Of a stretch of 64,000 nucleotides of DNA, positions 38,622-50,212 are shown one piece after another. The notes beneath the pieces were generated by a model. That model was not told the DNA's origin, did no database searches, and saw only the letters and a list, made by a program, of their open reading frames with translations. Source of the stretch: Felis catus (Eukaryota); NCBI RefSeq assembly GCF_018350175.1, contig NC_058383.1, forward strand, positions 7,008,001 through 7,072,000, read 5' to 3'. Both the position numbers and the translations under genes were made by a program. Each line of letters begins with the position of its first letter. The first letter of the stretch is position 1.

Positions 38622-40569
38622 TGCATTTTTGGAAAGTTCTTTTTATTACTGGCATAACATCAATTTTCTATCTTTTCTGACTTTCTTGTAGAAAACCTAT
38701 GTAATTTAAATATTACATAATAAGGCTGGAGGGGCCAAGATGGTGGAACAGCATGGAAAGTTTTTTTTAAGTCTCTCATCTCTGAAATGCAGCTAGATCA
38801 ACGGTAAACCATCTTGCACACCTAGAGGATTAACACAAAAATCTGCACAGCCTGAAACACAGAACTCAGCAGGTACACAGTGCAGAGAGGTGAACAGGGG
38901 AAAGAGAAGCTGTGGAGGGAAGGGAGCTGTTTTTGCTGGTGGAGAGAGGATGAAGATGGGGGAGAGTATGGGAAAGCATTTCCCCCACACAACGAAAGCA
39001 GCTGGAGAGAAAAGAAAGAGTATGCAAGGGACTGAACATAAAAGGGAGAAAGCAAAAGGAGAGGTTTAAATTCCATTAAAACTCTATAAACAGGGGGAGC
39101 ACAGAGTCTGAAACTCCACAGATCGATACCTGGCAGTGATCTGGTGAGAAGGGTGAATCCAAGGAGGAGAGAGCAAGGTCCAAGTGATCCTCGTGCCACA
39201 CGGGAAGAGGTGGTTCCCCTTCTGGGAAGCTGTGGGGCCACCCCACAGGCAAAGGTCCTTGCAGACCCTGGAGAACAAACACATTCATTGGTGCTGGAAC
39301 AAGGAAGTTAAGGGGAAAGCCTGGTTCCAGATGTATGTTGTAATTTACCATATTCCCTGCAAATCGGCTGTTACATGATTGCGTGAACTTTTTCTAGGGC
39401 GGGCTGAAACCCAGCCACTGTCTCTAGGCAGCAGCAGCAGCAGTACAGTCTCACGAATGTTACTGGGGGCAAACCGACATCTGGCCATTGCTTGGTGAGA
39501 CCTTTCCCCAGAGGGTCAGAACAGATCAAAGCCGCAGTCCCTCAGAAGTGAGGGGTTGGAAAACACAGTCGCATCTGAGATAAAACTCAGAGGAGGGAAG
39601 TGCTACCTGGCAAACTGATGGCTTGGTCGTGGCTAGTGTAAAAGCAGGGAGTGGACTGAAGCCAGAGACAAAGGAGTGGTATGCAGTTGCTGGTTGGGAG
39701 AGCACAGAGTTCTGATACTAGAGACTGGGTAACTGGGTGACGCCATTTTTACCCCTACCATGCAGGCACATACACTCCTACATGCACCATAACAATCCAC
39801 CCCAGTAAGCTAAGCATCACCATCTAGTGGAGAATGGAGCCATTACACTAAACCCTACTCAACTGGGCCAACCTCGCTCTTCAGGAACACTACAAATCTC
39901 TCTGCCTGTTTAGTTTACAGATTATAAAGTGCTTCATAGTTTGACTTTAAGGGGAAAACTATGTAATTTCAATTGTATTTCAGTCCGTTCACTGGCCCAT
40001 CTATTCAATTTTTTATTTTTCTTTTATTTTCTTATTCTTGAGTACAGAAAGAGAAAATTTTTATTTTTGTTCATTTTTATTAAAAGTGTTTTTTAAATTT
40101 TTTCTACTATTTTAATATTAAATTTTTTTAACTTTTAAACTATTTGAACTTTTAAACTATTAAATTTTTTAACTTTTTGGAAAATTTTCATATTCTATTT
40201 TACTTCCATCATTTCATTTTACTCTATTTCATTGTATTCATTTTTTCAAATTTTCAAACATTTTCCTTTTTTTTCTTTTCTTATCTTTCCCTTTTTAACC
40301 TAATCTATCAAGCTCCTTTCAGCAACCAGACCAAAACACACCTAGAATCTAGCATCCTTTATTTGATTTTTTGTGTTGTTTTTAATTTTTTAATTTTAAT
40401 TCTTTTACCTTATTAATTCCTTTTCTTCCTTCAAAATGGCAAAATGAAAGATTTCACGCCAAAAGAAAGAACAGGAAGAAATAACAGCAGGGACTTAATC
40501 AACAAAGATCCAAGCAAGATATCTGAACCAGAATTTAGAATCACATTAATAAGAATACTAACTGGGGTT

Positions 40570-40811
40570 GGGGCACCTGGGTGGCTCAGTCAGTTAAGTG
40601 TCTGACTTCGGTTCAGGTCATAATCTCACAGTTCATGGGCTCAACCCCATGTCAGACTCCGCACTAACAGCTCTGAGGCTGGAGCCTGCTTCAGATTCTG
40701 TCTCCCTCTCTCTCTGACTCTCCCATACTCATGCTCTATCTCTCTTTGTCTCTCAAAAATGAATAAACGTTAAAAAAATGTTTTAATAAAGGACTCTTCT
40801 ATTTAAAAAAA
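40570..40811 (+). mobile_element. Can-SINE inserted in ORF1 of the lineage-X L1
   Basis: TSD aagaatacta(a/g)ctggggt at 40551-40568 and 40812-40829. Confidence 0.94.
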
Positions 40812-43119
40812 AAGAATACTAGCTGGGGTGGAAAATAGATTAGAATCTCTTCTGCAGAGATAAAAGAAGTAAAAGCTAGTCAGGATGAAATAAAAAATGT
40901 TGTAACGGAGCTGCAATCTTGAATGGATGCCACGGCGGCAAAGATGGATGAAGCAGAGCAGCGAATCAGCGATATAGAGGACAAACTTATGGAGAACAAT
41001 GAGGCAGAAAAAAAGAGGGAAACTAAAGCAAAAGAGCACGATTTAAAAATTAAAAAACCAGTGACTCATTAAAGAGGAATAACATCAGAATCATAGGGGT
41101 CCCATAAGATGAAGAGAGAGAAAAAGGGGTAGAAGGTTTATGTGAGCAAATCCTTGTGGAAAACTTTCATAACCTGGGGAAAGACACAGACATCAAAATC
41201 CAGGAAGCACAGAGGACTCCCCTTAGATTCAACAACTGACCATCAACAAGGCATATCATAGTCAAATTCACAAAATACTCAGGCAAGAGAGGAATATGAA
41301 AGCAGCAAGAGAAAAAAAAAAGTCCTTAACCTACAAGGGAAGACAGATCAGGTTCACAGCAGAACTATCCACAGAAACTTGGCAGGCCAGAAAGGAGTGG
41401 CAGCATATATTCATATGTGGCACCATATGAATATACTAAATTGGAAAAATATGCAGCCAAGAATTCTCTATCCAGCAAGGCTGTCATTCAAAATAGAAGG
41501 AGAAGTAAAAAGTTTCTCAAACAAACAAAACTTAAAAGGAGTTTGTGACCACTAACCCAGCCCTGCAAGACATTTTAAGGGGGACTCTCGGGGGTGGGGG
41601 TGGGGAGACAAAACAAAACACAGAGACCAAAAGTGAAAAAGGCTAGAAAGGACCAGAGAACACCACCCAGAATCTCCAACTTCATAGCCAACATAATGAC
41701 AATAAATTCATATCTTTCAGTAGTCACTCCAAATTTCAATGTATTAAAGGCTCCAATCAAAAGACATAGGGTAACAGAATGGATAACAAAACAAGAGTCA
41801 TCTATATGCTGTCAACAAGATACCTATTTTCAATCTAAAGACACCTTCAGATTGAAAGTATAGGGATGGAGATACATCTATCATGCTAACACTCACCAAA
41901 AGAAAGCCTGAGTAGCCATACTTACATCAGACAATCTAGACTTTAAAATAAAGATTGTAACAAGAGATGAAGAAAGGCATTATATCATAATTTAGGGGTA
42001 TATCCACCAAGAAGATCTAACAAGTGTAAACATTTATGCTCCAAATGTGAAAACACCCAAATATATAACTCAATTAATCACAAACATAAAGAAACTCATT
42101 GATAATAATACTATAATAGTAGGGGACTTCAACATTCAACTTACAGCAATGGACAGATCATCAAAACAGAAAATCAACAAGGAAACAGTGGCTTTGAATG
42201 ACACACTAGACCGGATGGACTTAACAGATATATTCAGAACATTTCATCCTAAAGCAGCAGAATACACACTATTCTCCAGTGCACATGGAACGTTCTCCAC
42301 AATAGGTCACATGATGGGACACAAAGCAGCCTTCAACAAGTACAAAATGATGGGGATTTTACCATGCGTATTTTCAGACCACAACGCTATGAAACTCGAA
42401 ATCAACCACCAGAAAAAATGTGGAAAAATAACAAATACTTGGAGACTAAAGAACATCCTACTAAAGAATGAATGGGCTACCCAAGAAGTTAAAAAGGAAA
42501 TTAAAAAGTACATGAAAGCCAATGAAAATGATAACACTGCTGCCCAAAACCTCTGGGATTCAGCAAAGGTATATAGGAAAGTATAGCAAAGATAAGAGGA
42601 AAGTATATAGCAATCCAGGCCTTCCTAAAGAAGGAAGAAAGGTCTCAGATACACAACCTGACCTTACACCTTAAACAGCTGGAAAAAGAACAGCAAATAA
42701 AACCCCAAACCAGCAGAAGAATGGAAATAATAAAGATTAGAGCAGAAATCAGTGCTATCGAAACCAAAACAAAAAACAAAACAGAACAAGACAAAAAAAA
42801 AAAAAAAACTCGTAGAACAGATAAATGAAACCAGAAGCTTGTTCTTTGAAAGAATTAACAAAATTGATAAACTGCTACCAGTTTGATCAAAAAGAAAAAG
42901 AAAAGGGCCCAAATAAATAAAATCAAGAATGAAAGATGAGAGATCACAACCAGCACAGCAGAAATACAAACAATAATATTATGAACAATTATACACCAAT
43001 AAAATGGTCAACCTGGAAGAAATGGAAAAATTCCTAGAAACATATAAACTACCAAAACTAAAACAGAAAGAAATAGAAAATTTGAACAGACCCATAACCA
43101 GTAAATAAATCAAACTAGT

Positions 43120-46100
43120 GAGAGAGAAGATGGAGGCGTAGGAGGACGCTGGGCTCACCACGTCTTGCTGATCACTTAGATTCCACCTACACCAGCCTAA
43201 ATAACCCAGAAACCCACCAGAAGACTAGCAGAACGGAGTCTCCGGAGCCAAGCACAGACGAGAGGCCCACAGAAGAGGGTAGGAAGGGCGGCGAGGCCGT
43301 GCGCACCACATGGAATGGCTGGAGGGAGCCGGGGCGGAGGGGCGGCCTGCCAGCCAAGCAGAGCCCCGGAGTCTGGCTCGCAAAAGCAGAGGGGCCGGAC
43401 AGAGTGTGTTCAGACAGCAAGTGGGACTTAACATCTGGGAGGTTATAAGTTAATAGCTCTGCTCGGAGAGCAGGAAGGCTGGAGGACAACGGGAGGGAGA
43501 GTTGCTGAGCCCCGGGACAACAGAGCTCAGTTTGGAGGGGAACAAAGGCGCTCGCCAGTGCCATCTCCCTCACCCATCCCCCAGCCAAAATCCCAAAGGG
43601 AACCGGTTCCTGCCAGGAAACTTGCTTGCACTGCGCAAACACCCAATGCTATGCTTCTGTGGAGCCACCCCTCCGGCGGTGGGTCTGACTCCCTCCTGCT
43701 GCCACAGGGCCCCTCCTGAAGCGGATCACCAAAGGAGAAGGGAGCTAAGCCTGCCCCTCCCACCCCCGTGCACCTTGCCTATCCACCCCAGCTAATACGC
43801 CAGATCCCCAGCACCACAAGCCTGGCAGTGTGCTAGTAGCCCAGATGGGCCATGCCACCCCACAGTGAATCCTGCCCCTAGGAGAGGGGAAGAGAAGGTA
43901 CACACCAGTCTGACTGTGGCCCCAGCGGTGGCAGGGGCAGACATCAGGTCTGACTGTGGCCCCGCCCACCAACTCCAGTTATTCAAGACAGCACAGGGGA
44001 AGTGCTCTGCAGGTCCTCACCACTCCAGGGACTATCCAAAATGACCAAACGGAAGAATTCCCCTCAGAAGAATCTCCAGGAAATAACAACAGCTAACGAA
44101 CTGATCAAAAAGGATTTAAACAATATAACAGAAAGTGAATTTAGAATAATAGTCATAAAATTAATCACTGGGCTTGAAAACAGTATAGAGGACAGCAGAG
44201 AATCTCTTGCTACAGAGATCAAGGGACTAAGGAATAGTCAGGAGGAGCTAAAAAAACTCTATAAACGAGCTGCAAAATAAAATGGAAACGACCACGGCTC
44301 GGATTGAAGAGGCAGAGAGAGAATAGGTGAACTAGAAGATAAAATTATGGAAAAAGAGGAAGCTGAGGAAAAGAGAGATAAAAAAAATCCAGAAGTATGA
44401 GGAGAAAATTAGAGAACTAAGTGATGCACTAAAGAGAAATAATATACGCATAATTGGTATTCCAGAGGAGGAAGAGAGAGGGAAAGGGGCTGAAGGTGTA
44501 CTTAAAGAAGTAATAGCTCAGAACTTCTCTGAACTGGGGAAGGAAAAAGGCATTGAAATCCAAGAGGCACAGAGAACTCCCTTCAGACGTAACTTGAATC
44601 GATCTTCTGCACGACATATCATAGTGAAACTGGCAAAATACAAGGATAAAGAGAAAATTCTGAAAGCAGCGAGGGATAAACGTGCCCTCACATATAAAGG
44701 GAGACCTATAAGACTCGTGACTGATCTCTCTTCTGAAACTTGGCAGGCCAGAAAGGAATGGCAGGAGATCTTCAATGTGATGAACAGAAAAAAATATGCA
44801 GCCGAGAATCCTTTATCCAGCAAGTCTGTCATTTAGAATAAAAGGAGAGATAAAGGTCTTCCCAAACAAACAAAAACTGAAGGAATTCGTCACCACTAAA
44901 CCAGCCCTACAAGAGATCCTAAGAGGGATCCTGTGAGGCAAAGTACCAGAGACATCACTACAGGCATAAAACATACAGACATCACAATGACTCTAAACCC
45001 ATATCTTTCTATAATAACGCTGAATGTAAATGGACTAAATGTGCCAACCAAAAGACATAGGGTATCAGAATGGATAAGAAAACAAGACCCATCTATTTGC
45101 TGTCTAGAAGAGACTCATTTTAGATCTGAGGACACCTTTAGATTGAGAGTGAGGGGATGGAGAACAATTTATCATGCTACTGGAAGCCAAAAGAAAGCTG
45201 GAGTAGCCATACTTATATCAGACAAACTAGACTTTAAATTAAAGACTGTAACAAGAGATGAAGAAGGACATTATATAATAATTACAGGGTCTATCCATCA
45301 GGAAGAGCTAACAATTATAAATGTATATGCGCCGAACACCGGAGCCCCCAAATATATAAAACAATTACTCACAAACATAAGCAACCTTATCGATAAGAAT
45401 GTGGTAATTTCAGGGGACTTTAACACTCCACTTACAGCAATGGATAGATCATCTAGACACACGGTCAATAAAGAAACAAGGGCCCTGAATGATACATTGG
45501 ATCACATGGACTTGACAGATATATTTAGAACTCTGCATCCCAAAGCAACAGAATATACTTTCTTCTCGAGAGCACATGGAACATTCTCCAAGATAGATCA
45601 CATACTGTGTCACAAAACAGCCCTTCATAAGTATACAAGAATTGAAATCATACCATGCATACTTTCAGACCACAATGCTATGAATCTTGAAATCAACCAC
45701 AGGAAAAAGTCTGGAAAAACTCCAATAGCATGGAGGTTAAAGAACACCCTACTAAAGAATGAGTGGGTTAACCAGGCAATTAGAGAAGACATTAAAAAAT
45801 ATATGGAAACAAACGAAAATGAAAATACAACAATACAAACTCTTTGGGATGCAGTGAAGGCAGTCCTGAGAGGAAAATACATTGCAATCCAGGCCTATCT
45901 CAAGAAACAAGAAAAATCCCCAATACAAAATCTAACAGCACACCTAAAGGAAATAGAAGCAGAACAGAAAATACAGCCTAAACCCAGCAGAAGAAGAGAA
46001 ATAATAAAGATCAGAGCAGAAATAAACAATATAGAATCTAAAAAAATGGTAGAGCAGATCAACGAAACCAAGAGTTGGTTTTTTGAAAAAAATAAACAAA

Positions 46101-49070
46101 ATTGATAAACCTCTAGCCAGGCTTCTCAAAAAGAAAAGGGAGATGACCCAAATAGATAAAATCATGAATGAGAATGGAATTATTACAACCAATCCCTCAG
46201 AAATACAAGCAATTATCAGGGAATACTATGAAAAATTATATGCCAACAAACTGGACAACCTGGAAGAAATGGACAAATTCCTAAGCACCCACATACTTCC
46301 AAAACTCAGTCAGGAGGAAATAGAAAGTTTGAACAGACCCATAACCAGTGAAGAAATTGAATCAGTTATCAAAAATCTCCCAACAAATAAGAGTCCAGGA
46401 CCAGATGGCTTCCCAGGGGAGTTCTACCAGACGTTTAAAGCAGAGATAATACCTATCCTTCTCAAGCTATTCCAAGAAATAGAAAGGGAAGGAAAACTTC
46501 CAGACTCATTCTATGAAGCCAGTATTACTTTGATTCCTAAACCAGACAGAGAACCAATAAAAAAAGAGAACTACAGGCCAATATCCCTGATGAATATGGA
46601 GGCAAAAATTCTCAATAAGATACTAGCAAATCGAATTCAACAGCATATAAAAAGAATTATTCACCATGATCAAGTGGGATTCATTCCTGGGATGCAGGGC
46701 TGGTTCAACATTCGCAAATCAATCAACGTGATACATCACATTAATAAAAGAAAAGATAAGAACCATATGATCCTGTCAATCAATGCAGAAAAGGCATTTG
46801 ACAAAATTCAGCAACGTTTCTTAATAAAAACCTATCAGAAAGTCGGGATAGAAGGAACATACTTAAAGATCATAAAAGCCATTTATGAAAAGCCCACAGC
46901 TAACATCATCCTCAAAGGGGAAAAACTGAGAGCTTTTCCGCTGAGATCAGGAACACGACAGGGATGTCCACTCTCACTGCTGTTGTTTAACATAGTGTTG
47001 GAAGTTCCAGCATCAGCAATCAGACAACAAAAGGAAATCAAAGGCACCAAAATTGGCAAAGATGAAGTCAAGCTTTCACTTTTTGCAGATGACATGATAC
47101 TATACATGGAAAATCCGATAGACTCCACCAAAAGTCTGCTAGAACTGATACAGGAATTCAGCAAAGTTGCAGGATACAAAATCAATGTACAGAAATCAGT
47201 TACATTCTTATCCACTAACAATGAAGCAACAGAAAGACAAATAAAGAAACTGATCCCATTCACAATTGCACCAAGAAGCATAAAATACCTAAGGATAAAT
47301 CTAACCAAAGATGTAAAAGATCTGTATGCTGAAAACTATAGAAAGCTTATGAAGGAAATTGAAGAAGATATAAAGAAATGGAAAAACATTCCCTGCTCAT
47401 GGATTGGAAGAATAAATATTGTCAAAATGTCAATACTACCCAAAGCTATCTACACATTCAATGCAATCCCAATCAAAATTGCACCAGCATTCTTCTCGAA
47501 ACTAGAACAAGCAATCCTAAAATTCAGATGGAACCACAAAAGGCCCTGAATAGCCAAAGTAATTTTGAAGAAGAAGACCAAAGCAGGAGGCATCACAATC
47601 CCAGACTTTAGCCTCTATTAAAAAGCTGTAATCATCAAAACAGCATGGTATTGGCACAAAAACAGACACATAGACCAATGGAATAGAATAGAAACCCCAG
47701 AATTAGACCCACAAACGTATGACCAACTAATCTTTGACAAAGCAGGAAAGAACAGCCAATGGAAAAAAGTCTCTTTAACAAATGGTGCTGAGAGAACTGG
47801 ACAGCAACATGCAGAAGGTTGAAACTAGACCACTTTCTCACACCATTCACAAAAATAAACTCAAAATGGATAAAGGACCTGAATGTGAGACAGGAAACCA
47901 TCAAAACCCTCGAAGAGAAAGCAGGAAAAGACCTCTCTGACCTCAGCCATAGCAATCTCTTACTCGACACATCCCCAAAGGCAAGGGAATTAAAAGCAAA
48001 AATGAACTACTGGGACCTTATGAAGATAAAAAGCTTCTGCACAGCAAAGGAAACAACCAACAAAACTAAAAGGCAACCAACGGAATGGAAAAAGATATTT
48101 GCAAGTGACATATCGGACAAAGGGCTAGTATCCAAAATCTATAAAGAGCTCACCAAACTCCACACCCGAAAAACAAATAACCCAGCGAAGAAATGGGCAG
48201 AAAACATGAATAGACACTTCTCTAAAGAAGACATCCGGATGGCCAACAGGCACATGAAAAGATGCTCAACGTCGCTCCTCATCAGGGAAATACAAATCAA
48301 AACCACATTCAGATATCACCTCACGCCAGTCAGAGTGGCTAAAATGAACAAATCAGGAGACTATAGATGCTGGAGAGGATGTGGAGAAACGGGAACCCTC
48401 TTGCACTGTTGGTGGGAATGCAAATTGGTGCAGCCGCTCTGGAAAGCAGTGTGGAGGTTCCCCAGAAAATTAAAAATAGACCTACCCTATGACCCAACAA
48501 TAGCACTGCTAGGAATTTATCCAAGGGATACAGGAGTGCTGATGCATAGGGGCCCTTGTACCCCAATGTTTATAGCAGCACTCTCAACAATAGCCAAATT
48601 GTGGAAAGAGCCTAAATGTCCATCAACTGATGAATGGATAAAGAAATTGTGGTTTATATACACAATGGAATACTACGTGGCAATGAGAAAGAATGAAATA
48701 TGGCCTTTTGTAGCAACGTGTATGGAACTGGAGAGTGTGATGCTAAGTGAAATAAGCCATACAGAGAAAGACAGATACCATATGGTTTCACTCTTATGTG
48801 CATCCTGAGAAACTTAACAGAAACCCATGGGGGAGGGGAAGGGAAAAAAAAAAGAGGTTAGAGTGGGAGAGAGCCAAAGCATAAGAGACTGTTGAAAACT
48901 GAGAACAAACTGAGGGTTGATGGGGGGTGGGAGGGAGGGTAGGGTGGGTGATGGGTATTGAGGAGGGCACCTTTTGGGATGAGCACTGGGTGTTGTATGG
49001 AAACCAATTTGACAATAAATTTCATATATTGAAAAAAAAATAAAATAAAATAAATAAAAAAATTTTTAAA
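43120..49070 (+). mobile_element. Full-length young lineage-Y L1 (unspliced 5'UTR) nested in ORF2 of the lineage-X L1
   Basis: ORF1 from 44041 (frameshifted). ORF2 44987-48808 with a frameshift near 46090 and stops at ~47547 and ~47619. TSD aaa(t/g)aaatcaaact(a/g)gt at 43103-43119 and 49481-49497. Confidence 0.96.
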
Positions 49071-49480
49071 AAAAGAAATTGTGGTTTATATACACAATGG
49101 AATACTACGTGGCAATGAGAAAGAATGAAATATGGCCCTTTGTAGCAACGTGGATGGAACTGGAAAGTGTGATGCTAACTGAAATAAGCCATACAGAGAA
49201 AGACAGATACCATATGGTTTCACTCTTATGTGGGTCCTGAGAAACTTAACAGAAACCCATGGGGGAGCGGAAGGAAAAAAAAAAAGAGGTTAGAGTGGGA
49301 GACAGCCAAACCATAAGAGACTCTTAAAAACTGAGAACAAACTGAGGGTTGATGTGGGGTGGGAGGGAGGGGAGGGTGGGTGATGGGTATTGAGGAGGGC
49401 ACCTTTTGGGATGAGCACTGAGTGTTGTATGGAAACCAATTTGACAATAAATTTCACATATTGAAAAAAAAAGAGAAAAA
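49071..49480 (+). mobile_element. Second lineage-Y L1 3' end (~410 bp) in tandem after the A-tail
   Basis: Repeats 48640-49040 with several substitutions and has its own A-tail. Confidence 0.92.
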
Positions 49481-49567
49481 AAAGAAATCAAACTGGTAAT
49501 CAAAACTGTCCCCAACAACAGAGTCCAGGGCCAAATTGCTTTCTATGGGAATTCTACCAAACATTTA

Positions 49568-50212
49568 TTTATTTATTTTTAACTTGTTTTATTTTTAATT
49601 TTTTAATTTACATCCAAATTGGTTAGCATATAGTGCAACAATGATTTCAGGAGTAGATTCCTTAGTGTCCCTTACCCATTTAGCCCATCCCCCCTCCCGC
49701 ACCCCCTCCAGTAACCCTCAGTTTGTTCTCCATATTTACGAGTCTCTTCTGTTTTGTCCCCCTCCCTGTTTTTATATTATTTTTTTCCCTTCCCTTATGT
49801 TCATCTGTTTTGTCTCTTAAAGTTCTCATATGAGTGATGTCATATGATATTTGTCTTTCTCTGACTGACTAATTTCATTTAGCATAATACCCTCCATTTC
49901 CATCCATGTAGTTGCAAATGGCAAGATTTCATTCTTTTTGATTGCCGAGTAATACTCCATTGTGTATATATACCACATCTTCTTTACCCATTCATCCATC
50001 AGTGGACATTTGGGCTCTTTCCATACTTTGGCTATTGTTGATAGTGCTGCTATAAACATGGGGGTGCATGTGTCCCTTCGAAACAACACACCTGTATCCC
50101 TTGGATAAATGCCTAGTAGTGCAATTGCTGGGTTGTAGGGTAGTTCTACTTTCAGTTTTTTGATGAACCTCCATACTGTTTTCCAGAGTGGCTGTACCAG
50201 CTTGCATTCCCA
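49568..50212 (-). mobile_element. 5'-truncated lineage-X L1 inserted antisense into ORF2 of the host L1
   Basis: Minus-strand ORF2 C-terminus ([10 protein letters not shown]...KYHMTSLI). TSD tctaccaaacat at 49553-49564 and 50213-50224. Confidence 0.93.

Noticed and set aside
37815..38727. PXR/CAR XREM-like elements or a CYP3A proximal promoter/exon 1
   Set aside because: Only isolated half-sites (e.g. agttca at ~38551). No convincing DR3/ER6 pair, and no CYP3A N-terminal coding sequence.
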